Shown: one piece after another, positions 49,901 to 63,539 of the stretch | Position numbering within the stretch: position 1 is the first letter of the stretch | Layout: each line of letters opens with the position of its first letter | Source: Lama glama | Taxonomy: Eukaryota | Direction of reading: 5' to 3' | NCBI GenBank assembly: GCA_028534125.1 | Contig: CM052817.1 | Coordinates: 107,076,001 to 107,140,000, forward strand | DNA: 64,000 nt | Translations under genes and position numbers: made by a program | The notes under the pieces: generated by a model | What the model was told of the DNA's origin: nothing | The model's database searches: none | What the model saw: only the letters and a program-made list of their open reading frames with translations

Positions 49901-51871
49901 TCTCTCCACCGTTGAAGGAAAGACGAAGGGGTGGCAGTGGACTCGTTGCGTTGAACGGAGTGAGCAGATAAGTTTAGGCGTGTTGTGGGGATTCGAACCA
50001 GAGATGTTTTGTGGGGGCTCCGTCCAACTGGGGACATCTGGAGGTGTGTCCATTGGTAGGGGGTGTTGAGTAACTGAACAGACAGATGAAACAAGTACAT
50101 GTTTAGGGCAGCAGCATAGCAAAGGTTTTTTGTTTTTAAGTTTTTTGAAAGGATTCAAGAGAAAGAAAGGAGAAAAATAAAAAGGAAGCGAAGGAGGGAG
50201 AAAGGAGGGAAGAAATTGAAAAAGGAAAAAGCGTCTAAAAGAAAACCAGAATTTGTTGGACCCTGCCTTACAAATCAGTGTTGTTTTTATTTAGAATCGC
50301 ACATTGGGATGCGATTGTTTTTCCTCACTGTTTAGGATTTCTAAGAGTCTGTGGCAGGAGGCTATGGAAAGACAGACCTGCCTGATTTGGGGGCGCCTGA
50401 TCACAACCATGTGCTGTGACTGCAGCATGAGTCATCTTTTCTTCCTCAAGGACCACAATGGGAAGGTGACATCAGCCAAAAAAGTGCCTACATTAAAGTG
50501 TGTGCTTTTTGAAAAAAACCTAAATATAATTTCTTATATAACAGGACGAGTGCTGGATTGTCTCAGAGTTGATGCAGGGTGAGTGCAGCCCTGTTTAACA
50601 CTCAGGCATCAGGCATCACTCTGGTTTCTCTGCGGAAGTTTTGTAACACAAAATGCACTCGATAGCTTTGCCCTACGTATATCCAAGCTGTATGACTCCT
50701 CCATGTTCTGTAGAAATAGTCCACTAACTTCTGCAACTGAATCTCTCATTATATAATCTCAGCATTATAATTTCACACGAAAAGAGGATTCATCCTCATT
50801 TGTAATCTTAAATTTGTAGATGGCTAACAAGTTCTTAAAAACACAATGTATAGACAAGACTTAATCCTCAGTTTTTCAACCAAGCAGCTTTGAGTAACTT
50901 CAACCAGTCCTTTAAATCAAAATACCAGACTCACATTGACTACACGTACTTGTACGTAACTATGTAGTTAAACGGGGAAAGGTTGTCCCCTGTGGTTCCA
51001 GAAGCACTTTAAAAGTAATGGAAATTACAGTGCACTCTGGAGAGATTTATGAGAATGTTAATTAAAGTCAACTTGTCCTAGTTTTTAAGTTTTCTCCAGA
51101 ATTGAGAAGGGTGATGACTACAGCAAACTGACATGTTTTCAAAAACATGTCTGCTCCTCAGAGCTATGGTTTTAAACGAAGTCTGATGCCTCTTCAGAAA
51201 TGACAGTTTCTGGTAGAAGACAGCGTTTTTCCTCAACAATTACACAATCATTTATACTTAGGGTGCAGGAGGTTCTCAGTTGAATTAATGAAATATGAGG
51301 GAAAGAAGGCGATTTCTGTGTCTCTGACATGTGCAGCATTGTGTCTTCCAAGGCGTGGCCAGTCATAGTTCCACGGTGCTGTGTGCACATAATATGTATT
51401 AACACTGACAAGAGTTAAGCACACAATTGAAAGGAGAAAATTGTGCCATTTTGAATCTATCTCCCAGATGAGTGAAAAAAACAAAAACATTTAAATAGAT
51501 ACATAAATATAACTTAATATACTGAGCCAGGAAATTCAGCTCTGATTAAGCTGTCAGATACTGAAACAAACTGAAGGGGGGAGGGTCAGGGAGATTCCCA
51601 AGTATAATTTCATACCCCAGGAAGCACGTAAGCTGTTGAATTGAATCACTTATTTTCCTGGAAATTCAGAGCCAGAATTGTTCTGGAAACCTCGTTTTCT
51701 GATTATGGTCATGATTAATTTCATTTATAAAAATATAATTGACCTTTTTTTTTTTACTGAAATTGTACATGATTTATTTGAAGATGATTTTTCAGCACTT
51801 CACCAAATTCTGGTCTTAATTTCCCACTTCCAATCTTTTTCTTTTTTGTGTGGAGGAAAGATAATTAGGCT

Positions 51872-51968
51872 TATATATATATATATATATAATGGAGGTG
51901 CTGGGGATTTAACCCAGAACCTCGTGCATGCCAAGCATGCCCTCTACCACTGAGTTATACCCCACCAC
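51872..51968 (-). mobile_element. Vic-1-type SINE with (TA)n tail
   Basis: TGGAGGTGCTGGGGATTTAACCCAGAACCTCGTGCATGCCAAGCATG..CTCTACCACTGAG. Confidence 0.9.
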
Positions 51969-54230
51969 TCCCAGTCTTGAGCCCCTTCAACTTTTCTGAG
52001 CTCACACACACACACACACACAGAGAAAAGGTTAATTGTCTGATTCCTTCCATTTTATCTTTTTCTTTAGCATTTTTCCTCCTCCATCAGAGTCGAAACA
52101 CAATTTTTAAGGCATGCTCATGTAAGCAGGTGCATTCAATGCCCGTGTCTTGTCTCAGCAGGGACTGGACAAGAGAAGACAGGAAAATCAAGATTCTAAC
52201 ATTTTATACACTTAGGATCCCAGGTTCCTCTTGACTCATCATTTCATTTCCAGAAACTGATCATAAGGAAATAATCAAGAGTTATTTGTGGCACTGCATA
52301 TGATAATTAAAAAAAGTGATAACACTCTAAATATTCCACAATAGATGGCTTATTAAATAAATCCTGCTAAAGCAACACAATAGAATACTGTGCAGCTATT
52401 AAAATCATATTTTCAAGATTATTGAGTAACATGAGTATATACTGACATTATATTTAGTGAGAATAAAAAAATTGACTCTAATCCTAAATTTACAGCGATC
52501 TCCTAAGTTTTTTAAAGTATAGATAGGTAGATATAAATGTAGGAATAGAAACCAGCGCCACATTTACTTATACAGAACACCAAATTCAAACAGAACCTAA
52601 AACGGAATTCAATATCCCAAAAACTGTGCACAGTAGAGCTCTGGCTGATAAAACCAGTCAACTTACTGACCAAACAGCAACCACGAAAATCCCAAGTCTT
52701 CTTGAATACAAATCAGTACGTTTTAATGTGTCCAGTTGGATTTCAGATGACAAATTTGTTTCTCAATTGGAAATACTGATCTAGGAGCGAGGTCACGTTT
52801 GAGTTGTGTTTTGCCAGGCTCTGTCCCCACAGGGAAAGTGAGACGTTTGTCATTTGACTGCCAGTCTTTCCTGTGGAGTCCTGCTCACGCATTTCTCAAG
52901 CTTTCTTCTTCTTCCCCTCATCTGTTCTCTGCTTAAAAAAAAAAAACAGATTTAGAAAGAAAAGGCTTTCAAAAATTCATTCATCCTAGGATCAGGTGCT
53001 AATCAGCTTAATGAGTACTTCTGCCGGGTATTTGCGTTTAAGGGAATGAGCCGTGAAGCCCAATATTTCCCTGCTGGGGCACTGCTTGCATTTGGGTCGG
53101 GGCGCTAGGGGCCAGTGGGAACTCCCCAATCCCACCACCTTGAAAATCACAAAGTTCCTGTAGAACTTACACCTCCTCTGGTGAATGGACTAGAATGTAG
53201 AAGTGCCACCTGCTTGCCACCACAATAGCGCCGTTTGCCTATGTAGGTTTCAGTGGTGCATTTCAGAGAGTGATGCTTTGTTCCATTACATTGGCGCCTC
53301 CGGGTTTCTTTTTCCTCCCAGATATTAATAACCACCACTCCAGGTACTTAAGAGGTTTTGTCTAGGTAATTAAAGATCTCTTCATATCATGTCTGAATCT
53401 AAAGTCCTGAGTGAGCCACGCGGTGAATGTGGATCTTCTGAGTATAATGAGGTCTGTTTTAATGAAGGAAATTAGTTTTTGATACATTTTAAAACTGTAA
53501 AAGAAAAATACTATCATATACTCCTAATACAGCCAGATTAAATTAGCATTTAAGCTTATTAAATAGTGAGAATATTTATAAAAACTATTAAGAACTTCAA
53601 ACTTTGGGTTAAAAGACAAAGAAGCAACCCTCTAGAAACTCTCCTAAGAGAAAAACTCATTAAAAGAAAAGTAACGTAAAGTATTTATTATTGTTCATAT
53701 GCTATCTTTTTAAAAAATGGACATCTGGATTTCACTCCTTTTTTGTTTAAGTAGTGAGATGTATTTGTCTTTTTGATGAAAATAATGTTTATTTTAAAGG
53801 GAACTTTTCCCCTTCATGTATGGCTTGTTCCTCTAATATTCTAGCAATGAGACATGATATGTGTATGTCAATTAATAGAAATAAGAACAGTTACAAAAAT
53901 AATCAGAAAGAATTGTGAAATCAATTATAGCTTGCTGTAAGCTGTATAATGATAATATAAATATATTCACTCAGAATTAAAATAGGTCAGAAAAGCAATC
54001 TACTGGGAGTTAAGATTCTATAATCATCAGGACAAGGATTGCAACCAAGCAGACCAGAATTTGAAAGTTAGTTTTAACACTTATTAGAAGTGTAACCTTC
54101 CTTTAATAACACTTTCTGAGCTGCAGGTTATTCATCTGTGAAATGCGGACAATGGTACCCAAGTCATTAATTAAGTTTTAGACTTAATAATACATGTTAC
54201 ACGCAAGTACATGCTATCCCACAAATGCTA

Positions 54231-54462
54231 GCATCACCACCACGATCGTCAACTTCATCACCATCATCACCTCATCACCATCACTACCATCACCACCATC
54301 ATCATCACCACCATCATCATCACCACCATCATCATCTTCATCATTGTCAACTTCATCACCATCATTACCTCATCACCACCACCACCATCATCATCATCAC
54401 CTTCATCACCGTCATCAACACCATCGCCACCACCACTGTCTTCATCATCCCCATCATCCCAC
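54231..54462. repeat. Degenerate (CAT/CAC)n trinucleotide tract, ~230 bp
   Basis: Direct observation. Confidence 0.95.
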
Positions 54463-55084
54463 TGCCATGAAAGAAACTAGAAGCCAACTGTTGGTTTAAA
54501 GACCTAGTTAGTGACAAAAACTCCTTGACTGTATGAAAAAAATTTAGTTCCATTCACCAGGGTTTTTTTCCCCTGCTATCAATAGTTAAGCAGAATTTTT
54601 AGCATTATCCAATGCTCATGAATATTCATAACTGCAAACCCGAAGCACTCGCTACAAAATGCCACATTGCTTTCTGAGCTTAAAAAAAACGAGTTAAATT
54701 ATATTCTGCTAAATAGTCATGATATCACTAGTGTAATTGGGTCTAATCTTTTGAATGTTGATGTTCTACATAGTGTGGAAGTTGCAGAATATGGGTCTGT
54801 GCTTCATCCAGCCTGCAGATGTAATTGCTTTGGCCTTCTCAAGATGGGCATTTGCGACAGTGAGGTGACCAAGATTACAGCCCAGGGTTCAAGTCCAAGT
54901 CAGCCTGCCTCCAAAAGCTTTCACTATGCCACACTGTCTCTTTGAATTTCTTCCAGGCAATATACGTTTTATGTAATATCCAATAATATTTACTGGATAT
55001 TCAATTGCATGGTTGTTTCTATCATATGAAATCTGTGTATGTGTGTCTGTCTGTCTAGGTATCTCTTTGTATGTATATAAGGCT

Positions 55085-55285
55085 GTGTTGAAAATTTTCT
55101 GCTTGTCTCTCCAGATTGTCAGCAGTTCCTACGCTGGTCTCTGCACTGGTAGGCCGGCCTGTACCAGCTATGTTAATGAACCTCTCTGTTGATTTCTAGT
55201 TAGGTTCAGCCAACAGGATATATCAGCAGATGGGAGAGAGGCGCCAGCAAGAGCTGGGAGTATTTATTCTCCATACCCCTCCCCA
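55085..55285. mobile_element. ERVL LTR fragment (LTR33-like)
   Basis: GGTTCAGCCAACAGGA..CAGCAGATGGGAGAGAG..GGGAGTATTTATTC. Confidence 0.45.
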
Positions 55286-55853
55286 GTGTGGTCCCTGTGA
55301 CACGCAGTGGGACCTTGCTGTTTATCTATTTTATCTATGGTAGTATGTATCTGTATATATCAAACTCCTGGTTTCTCCCTCCTCCAACTTGTTTCCCCCT
55401 GGTAACCATAAGTTTTCTTTCTATGTCTGGGAGTCTGTTTCTGCTTTGTAAATAAGTTTATTTGTATCAACTTTTTTTAGATTCCACATATAAGTGATAT
55501 CACATGATATTTATCTTTCTCTGTCTGAGTTACTTCACTTAGTGTGAAGATCTCTAGGCCCATCCATGTTACTGCAAATGACATTATTTCACTCTTTTTA
55601 TGGCTGAGTAGTATTCCATTGTGTAAATATATCTTACCTTCTTTATCCAATCATCTGTCAATGGACATTTAGGTTGTTTCCATGTCTTGGCTATAGTCAA
55701 TAGTGCTGCTATGAACATTGGGGTGCATATGTCATTACAAATGAGAATTTCCTCCAGATATATGCCCAGGAGTGGGATTACTGGACCATAGGGTGAGTCT
55801 ATTTTTAGTGTTTTTAGGGTTCTCCATATGGTTCTCTGTAGTGGCTACACCAA
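55285..55853 (-). mobile_element. L1 3' fragment
   Basis: CCCCTGGTAACCATAAG.., TTAGATTCCACATATAAGTGATATCA.., GCTATGAACATTGGGGTGCA. Confidence 0.92.
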
Positions 55854-55887
55854 AACGAATTCTTATTAGAAATGATGTAATGGACTA

Positions 55888-56415
55888 TGTAGTTAATATC
55901 ATCGCCTCCCAGCTTTAACATCCTCTTTCTTCTGGTCAACTTCCTTTTTCTGTTGGTATATAAAATATGCACCCATTCCACACTGCCTCAGTGCAACAAC
56001 CATCCAGGACCACAGCAGGCCAACTCTATTACTACCCTGCTCCTCTCGGAGTGATCATTAGTTCCCCAGGTGAAGCTAGACTCTAAGCCAGACAATAGGG
56101 CTTCTCCCAACAGAATCCCCCATATTAGAGGTAAAGATTGCCCACTTCTCGAACCTAGAACTAGCAAATGCAAACTTGGGGTTCTCTGTGGCCACCTTCC
56201 CTAGTCTCGGGTAGAGCCTTCTGTGGAATGGGGCCCAGCAGAGACAACTAGGAATGAGAGAACGATGACAGTCAGAGGAGGCTCCGGGGTCACTGTGTCC
56301 CCCTGAGCACCTGGGCCTGCATCTCTTCCACAATTGCCTTCACCAGTATGTGAACTAAAACTTCGTATTTTCATTTTGCTTGAACTAGTTGGAGTACCTG
56401 TCACATGTAATTTTT
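55888..56415 (+). mobile_element. Old LTR (MLT1/LTR16-like)
   Basis: GTGGCCACCTT.., CTGAGCACCTGG.., TTTTGCTTGAACTAGTTGGAG..TGTCACATGTAA. Confidence 0.45.
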
Positions 56416-59031
56416 TTAAAGTACTAATTAAAACAATGGCAAAACTTTGCAAGCTGATATGTTTCTAATATTTGAACCCAGTTGTTTTGAAGACTTCAGT
56501 GATGCTGGCGAGACGTACACTAGAAAAGTTCTGATCCATCCATCTGCATCAGAATCAATGGAACTTTTTATTACCAAGAGCCTTCAGAAAGCCTCTACTG
56601 AAATTCAATATGTCTTAAGACATGTTTTGGACATGTTCCTAGTCCAGATTATTTCCCACGGGGGAAAAATGATTGGATTGAGAGAGAGGGCATGGCAAGG
56701 GGGTGTACAAAGAGGGGAGAGCTTTCATTTCTTCTCATTTTAAAATAGCAAGTATGGTTAGGTACCAATGACTAATAGTGATGTTCTGGTTTTAATGCTC
56801 ATTGTGGAATTTTACTTATTTATTTCTGTGGTTGAGAAAGCCTGAATGAATGCTAAGTTGACTGATAGAAGAAAATTTATTTTTCCAAAGCATAGTGCCT
56901 TCCCTCTGTAGGTGTGATGTTGCGTGGAGTGAAGTACAAATTCAGCACCGGAGACAAATGGGGTGTGTGCCCCCATCGCAAGAATTTGCCTGTATTAACA
57001 GTCATTGTCGCTCACTTCCCTGCAGCATTCTGTGAGCTCACCCACGAAGCCCTTGAAAAGACAGGAAATGGTGCGTAGATATTAGTAATAGTTTATCTTC
57101 CTATTTAGAAGGAGTAAGCCAATGCAACTCAGCACTTTTTGTTGTGCTTATGAAAGTGCAACTTTTCACTAAAATCTCAAGTTTGGTTTTAGAGCATTTA
57201 CGCCAGTACTGGTGAAGGGGTTCTCTGAAGCACTTGGGACACCGAAGTAAGAGTTTATAAGATGAACCAGGAGCATTATTAAAACACCATCACCGAAAAG
57301 ACGGGATCCAGAAGTAACTACACAGGAGGGTTGGGGAACGTTGGGAAAATGTCCCTCAGAGGGAGGACGGGCAAGGGAGATAACCAAGTCCAAGTGCTCC
57401 TCAGTCTGCCGACTGCTGTTTTTACTCTCCAAATGGATATTTGTGAATTCACTTGGAACTCAGAAGAAAATATTGCCGTTAAATTCCCGACATTAAAAAT
57501 GGTGGTTAGGTCTCTAGCAGGCCTTGCAGAATTACCAACCCCCACGTAGCTGCACCAAGAGCTCCAGGTGCCTGTTGTTCCTCAGACTGAGCAGTGACAG
57601 CCCAGCTCGCCGCCAGGATGCTGGAGTTTCTCCGTTTCCCAAACTGCCAGCCACCATGACCCCACGGTCTGGAGAGTCATTTCCTCCAGTATCCTCTCCT
57701 CCTGGGCCAACAAAGAAAAAATTCTTTCCCTCATGATGACGAAAGAAGAAAGAATCCTCAGGTAGCCCGTGTTAATAGGGAGGGGCAGTGACTAACATTA
57801 TTGCGATGCTCGTAAGGTCGTTTTCAGGGCTTGGGACTTGCTTCAGTTTCTTTCACAATGTGTGGTATTGCTACCCTATGTTTGGTTGAGTTTAATAGAA
57901 ATGGCTGGGTTGCTTTTCGAGCATGAGAGGTGGCTGGTGTTTTGAATCTTCCGTCTTGTGGGAGCATGATATAAACCCCAGGCTACTCTCCTTCCTTTGC
58001 CCTTTGTCCCCCTAAGAGACCCAAGGGGGCAGGTCACGCTGGGGGACTTGAAGTGAGGTGCCAGAAACCACCCACGGATCCCACCAGCCGACTCAGAAGA
58101 TTCTCTGATGACACAACCTAGACACACTCTCCTTTACAGTCTGCTGAGGACAGCTAAAGCCAGAAATAACTCTGACATACATTAAAAAAAGTTAAGCCTC
58201 CAAAGGTTTTCCTTTTTGCCCCTCCAAAAACATTAGCATGCAAATGAGTTAGCTAGTAGTCACTAACAACTTTTTTCCCTGCAAAATGATTGGCTAATTT
58301 CACCGGCGATCACATTCTCAGCCTATCAGACGAGGCTCTGATCACCCAGAGACAAAAATGTTTCTTGGAAGTGCTCCACAGGGCAACAAAGGAAGTCTGC
58401 TTGGATTGTTCTTTCTTGCCAGTCACGCTGATGATCAGCGCGGACCGCGGAGGCCTGGCCTCGGTCCATGGTCCACAGTGAATGTTGCAGCCCGCCATCC
58501 TGAATTCTTAGGGGGTGAGGCCTCGCTTGGCAACCCTCCTTTCTGAAACATTCATAAAAACTGGTAATTGCCACATAAACATGGACTCTCTGGCACAGAG
58601 AATTATGGCTCTTATCTCTCAGGATCCTGGAGCTTCGTATGGTATGCACACTCATCAATCCTATAAAGCCCACCTCCAGTTCAGAGCATCCTTCTCTTCA
58701 CGCTGTATCACCTTACACACAGCCGTGGTGTGCACCACCCAATCAGATTTATGTGTGAGGACACTAAGACATCCCTAGAAAGTTAGCAAAATGGTCACAT
58801 GGCAATCATTTGGTTGATATTAATAATTTAACCTTCTTACAAAGCATATGTGTATCTTCACATTTGAAGATGCCCAGGGGAGCATCTGATTCAAACTTAG
58901 TCCCCATTCAGAGAAGTTTCCTCCATGTAGGTCAAAGCTTAACGAACTACTAAAGCAACCTAAATTTAGAGTGGAATTGTCAAGATTACATCAGACAATA
59001 TGATGCAACTGTTAGACTGAATCTTAAGAGT

Positions 59032-59170
59032 GGGGGGGGGGTGTATAGCTCAGTGGTAGAGCCCATATCTAGCAAGCACAAGGTCCTGGTTTCAATTCCC
59101 GGTACCGCCATTAAACAAACAAACAAACCTAATTACCACCCCCACCCCTCCTCAAAACACACAAAACAAA
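59032..59170 (+). mobile_element. Vic-1-type SINE
   Basis: GTATAGCTCAGTGGTAGAGC..., (AAAC)n, degenerate TSD GTTAGA(C/G)TGA(A/C)TCTTAA. Confidence 0.9.
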
Positions 59171-60534
59171 GTTAGAGTGACTCTTAAAAAATAACTTACA
59201 ACATACCTACATGTTATCATTTGCCAGTGTTACTTCTGAATCAATTAAATACTTGATGACTACTGATGCATATTATGCCCTAAGTTTTTCTGATTCCACT
59301 GTATTCAGCGTATCACACGTGTCCTCCTCATTACAGTGTGGTTTTAAACCATTTGCTCACACAACATATTGTAGATTTTTATCCCTGGTGGTTCTTTCCT
59401 CTCACAGTTTTGGTACAAATGTTCTATTTACGGTAGGGCATGGTAATTCAGGTTAGGGACAGGTTGTAACAAGAACCATCTGTCCTTTCCCCCCCATCTG
59501 AGTCCTTCTGTCATGATTAATTGTTGTTACCGAAAAAAAAAAAAATACCACCTCTTGCTGGAGTTTTGCAAGAGGCAGCGGCTGTTGTCTCTCTTTAGAG
59601 CAATGAGGCTTGAAATATGACATGCTTTGTTCCCCGTGGCATTAAACACACAGTCTCTGCTCTTGTGGTTCCCAAGTCTTCAGGAGGTTGTGAGAGACGG
59701 GTGCAAATTGCTCTTGTAATGTCAGAAGAGCAACATGGAGACAAAATTGAAACTATGCGTCAAGAATGTCCCACTTTGTTTTAAGCATTTCCGGTGTCTG
59801 ACTCTTGGGGAATAAAACACAACTGAAGAAAGTGATATAAATATCATGTTTACACTGATGAAAAAGAGCTTCTAAGGAGTATGAGAAACTGCCGATACTA
59901 CATCAAGATATAAAAAGGTTTGATAGAAATTAGGTTAAAAACCCACATTCACATTTCCTAAAAACCCTCTGCCATTGCATGATTTCAAAAGCATCTCGAG
60001 AGAGAGAGAAAAGGGCCAGAGCAAGGATTTAATTTTTTATTAGAAGGAAGTGCATTGTAGGAGGGACCACCGCGGGAGGGCACCAAGGAGGGGAAAGGTC
60101 TGCTCAGAGGTCTGCATCATCAGCCCCGAAGAGGTGATCCCAAGGGACCCACTGCCGCTCGAGTGGGAGATTCACCGACTTGTGTTACAGATACTTGGAA
60201 ATGCTGCCTGTTTCCTTGTTCAACCAGCATTTATTAAACACCTTCCATGTTTCCAGGATTGGATAAAGATGCAAAAGGGATGGAGGACACTGTTAACTTC
60301 TGTTTTTAAATATCAAGGAATTTTAATCTAGATGGGAAACTGAGACATGAAACCCATCTCATTCTCTAGTGATGAGATCTGAGGGTCCACAAAGGCTTCC
60401 TCTTTCCCAGACTAGCCCTTCCCTTAGTCTGACAATGTTTCTGAAGTCCTCCTCCCTGTCAGAGCCATCCTCCTGGACAGGGTCAATTTTTATATCAGTT
60501 TTTCAGCTTACAGATAACTTGGTCCAGGCAGATG

Positions 60535-60712
60535 GGACAGCTCATTCAGCAAACCACCATCTGTTTTTGTAAGTCAACTTTTATTGAAACGCGCACACGT
60601 CCACTTGTTTACGTGTGGTCGGCAGTAGCTTCCCCCCTCCCACGGCGGAGTTGAGGAGCTGCAGGAGAGTGCATGGCCCACGAGCTGATAATTTACTACT
60701 GGCCCTTTTATA
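60535..60712. mobile_element. MER58-like MITE
   Basis: CTGTTTTTGTAAG..TTTTATTGAAAC..TTGTTTACGT..GGCGGAGTTGAG..ATTTACTACTGGCCCTTT. Confidence 0.75.
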
Positions 60713-61079
60713 AATTCAAATCCTAAACCAGATTAAGAGCTGGTAGAAGGTTAAGGAGTCTCAGGAGAGAGACTAACTTTTCCGCTCAGAGTCCAAGCTG
60801 ACAAGTTTCTTGGTTTGTTCCATGCGCTAGCTGGGAGGTGGATCTGTTTTCGTTTTTATAGGACATACTCTTATTAAGGACATTGTTATTTGTGGGTCCT
60901 GAAGTCATGCAGATTTATTGATTCTAACTCTATCTTGCATGAGTCCAGAGCCTAAGACCTCATAGCCTGGCCATTAAATCCAAATTCCTAGACCGGGGAA
61001 AGCACGTTTTCCTGCCACACCCACATCCCCTCCGCAGCCACGCCCCACCCACATCTCCTATCCTAACTGCTCACATTTT

Positions 61080-61203
61080 GTTTTTACAGGAGGAGGTAAT
61101 TAGTTTTATTTATTTACTTATTTTTTAATTGGAGGTACTAGGAATTGAACCCAGGACCTTGTGCTGCTAGACAGGCACTCTTTCACTGAGCTACACCCTT
61201 CCT
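61080..61203 (-). mobile_element. Vic-1-type SINE (copy 1 of tandem pair)
   Basis: GGAGGTACTAGGAATTGAACCCAGGACCT..CACTGAGCTACACCC. Confidence 0.88.
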
Positions 61204-61227
61204 TGTCTAACTGTTCACTTAAAACAA

Positions 61228-61352
61228 TTCTTTTTTAATTTTTGAGGGGTGGTGATCAGGTTATTTATTTATTTTAATAGAGGGACTGGGGATTGAGCCC
61301 AGGACCTCATGCATGCTAAGCGCACACTCTACCACTGAGCTACACCCTCCTT
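61228..61352 (-). mobile_element. Vic-1-type SINE (copy 2 of tandem pair)
   Basis: ACTGGGGATTGAGCCCAGGACCTCATGCATGCTAAGCGCACACTCTACCACTGAGCTACACCCTCC. Confidence 0.9.
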
Positions 61353-61787
61353 TCTCCCAATTGCTCACTTTTGACTCTGACTCCTGCAGGTATCACTTAT
61401 AGATCAGCTCTGTATTAGGGTTTTTTTTTTTTTCAGCAATTATAGGTGTTTTATGGCAAAATATTTCTTACATTATGTAATTTGTCATATCACTGGGAGG
61501 TAAAAGTTGTATAAAGTAGAACTGGAACCTTGCAGGATTAAAAATTAAAAACTTCCCTAAAAAAATTAGGATTTTGAATAAGATTATTTATGTAGAATCA
61601 TAAAGGTGAAAGCCATGTAGGAAAATTGAGACAGAAGTGGGCAATGTTGGAAGTAAAGATACGTACGTTGCCACTAAATATTGAGGGCCACATGGCAGAG
61701 AGGACCCCAATATCAGACGACCCAATTTAAATCCTACCTATTTGACACTTAGAAAAGTTATTTAACTTCTCATAACCTCCATTTCTT

Positions 61788-61935
61788 TTTTTAAACAACA
61801 TTATTGTGGTATGGTTCCTGTATAGTAAACTACACGTATTTCAGATGTACAATTTGATGAATTTTGATAGAGGTATACACCCATGAAACCACCACCACAA
61901 TCAAGATAGCTAACATTTCCATCACTGCCCCAGAC
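61788..61935 (-). mobile_element. L1 3' terminal fragment
   Basis: TGTACAATTTGATGAATTTTGA..CCCATGAAACCACCACCACAATCAAGATA. Confidence 0.75.
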
Positions 61936-62809
61936 CCTCAATTTCGTTCTTTGTAAAATCGGAACAGTAAAGTCTAACACAGAGCCAATCTCAGCGAATG
62001 ACCCTTGCAATTAACATGAACGTATTACAATGTCAAGAATGAGTCACTTTTCAGAACACCCCTCTCCTGCCTGGAGGGAAGGAGAGAATCATATCTAACA
62101 TGTGGCATATGTAACAGCAAATATTTCCGGCTGAATTTAGCCATTGTCATCATTTCCATGGCAACTACCTTACTCCGAGAAGAGGGACAAAACACATAAA
62201 GATGCTGTAGAAGATTTATAGTCACTTATTCGGGATGATCTTCATAAGTCTCGGGGCTGTGAGGTGAGGTGTTATTTCAAACACATGGTAATAAAAACTT
62301 CAATTTGTTATCAAGTCTTTCCCTAGGGAAACCGGTGATTTCTAACTATTTACGAATCTGGCCTCTGTAATCACGCCTACACGACTGTCTTAGAAGGTTC
62401 TCAGATGGGTATAAGTAATCTGCCTGAGCCTGCTCATCAGGTGGATGACAGGAGGGGGAAACTTAGCCAGAAAACACGGTGTGAGGACAAAGGAGATGTC
62501 TGGGTTTGGGGAAAGGAAGGCAGGATGGTGGTTCTGGCCATGAGGGCTGGGAGAGGGGGATCAGCCCAGAAAAAGCAACATACCTGGGGAGAGGGTGGAG
62601 AGGAGACCGTTTTTCATGTACGTGGTGCAGCTGAATGCTATTCTGATCATAAAAGGAAGGGGTGCACAGCCAGTGTGGATGCACTGTTTGCATCTTATTT
62701 ATTCAGATGCAGCATTTTTTTTTCCCCTGAAAGAGAGCAATGACTCCTTTCTCTAATAAATCCTTTAGATCAACTTTCTTTTCAAATCTAGTGGTTTTTT
62801 ATTTCCTCC

Positions 62810-62948
62810 TTGGAGCGGTAGCTAATTAGGTCTGTTTGTTTACTTATTTATTTATTTAATGGAGCTACTGTTATTGAACCCAGGACCTCCTGCAAGCTAA
62901 GCATGTGCTCTACCACTGAGCTACACTCTACCCCACCCCCACCCCCCT
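62810..62948 (-). mobile_element. Vic-1-type SINE
   Basis: ATTGAACCCAGGACCTCCTGCAAGCTAAGCATGTGCTCTACCACTGAGCTACAC. Confidence 0.9.
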
Positions 62949-63539
62949 GACGCCAGCAGTCTTTTCCGATACAATCTTTCATTGTCTGATGGAAGACAAC
63001 ACAAATCTTTTTCCCAAGTGCCTTTTCTCTGCCTTGCAGTATTTTAATCAATCCACAGTTTTATTTTTGAAAACTTCAACCTGTTTTTCAATTAGAACTT
63101 ATTCAATTATATTAAATATAAGGATGTAAATCCCCTTTGGTTATATATTTTGAAGGATTTCTAAGCACATAATTAGCATTGAATAATTTCACTTCCAACC
63201 ACGTCAAGAGAAAAAGGAAAGCGATAACAATGCTTGAATGCTTTCAGTCTCTAAAACCCAGATACCCTCCATCATTACAAAGCTTACATTCTGTAGAGGA
63301 AAATGCCTTTCCAAAAATTGACTTAATGAATAATTTAGTTAAAAATTATCCATTTTATTTACTATAAAGAGATATTCATCTCATGGTAGGAAACTTAGGT
63401 CATGATGAATTTATCTAGAGCTATCCAAGACATCTACTCGAACGTAGAGTGAATTCCACCCACCTGACCACTCTTTTTGAAATAGATGTTAAAGCTGACT
63501 CTTGACTCATTGCCAAATACTCCAAGTCGGCTGCCAGCT

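Noticed and set aside
54194..54553. Poly-His/Ser/Met ORFs
   Set aside because: Translations of a (CAT/CAC)n simple repeat with no gene structure.
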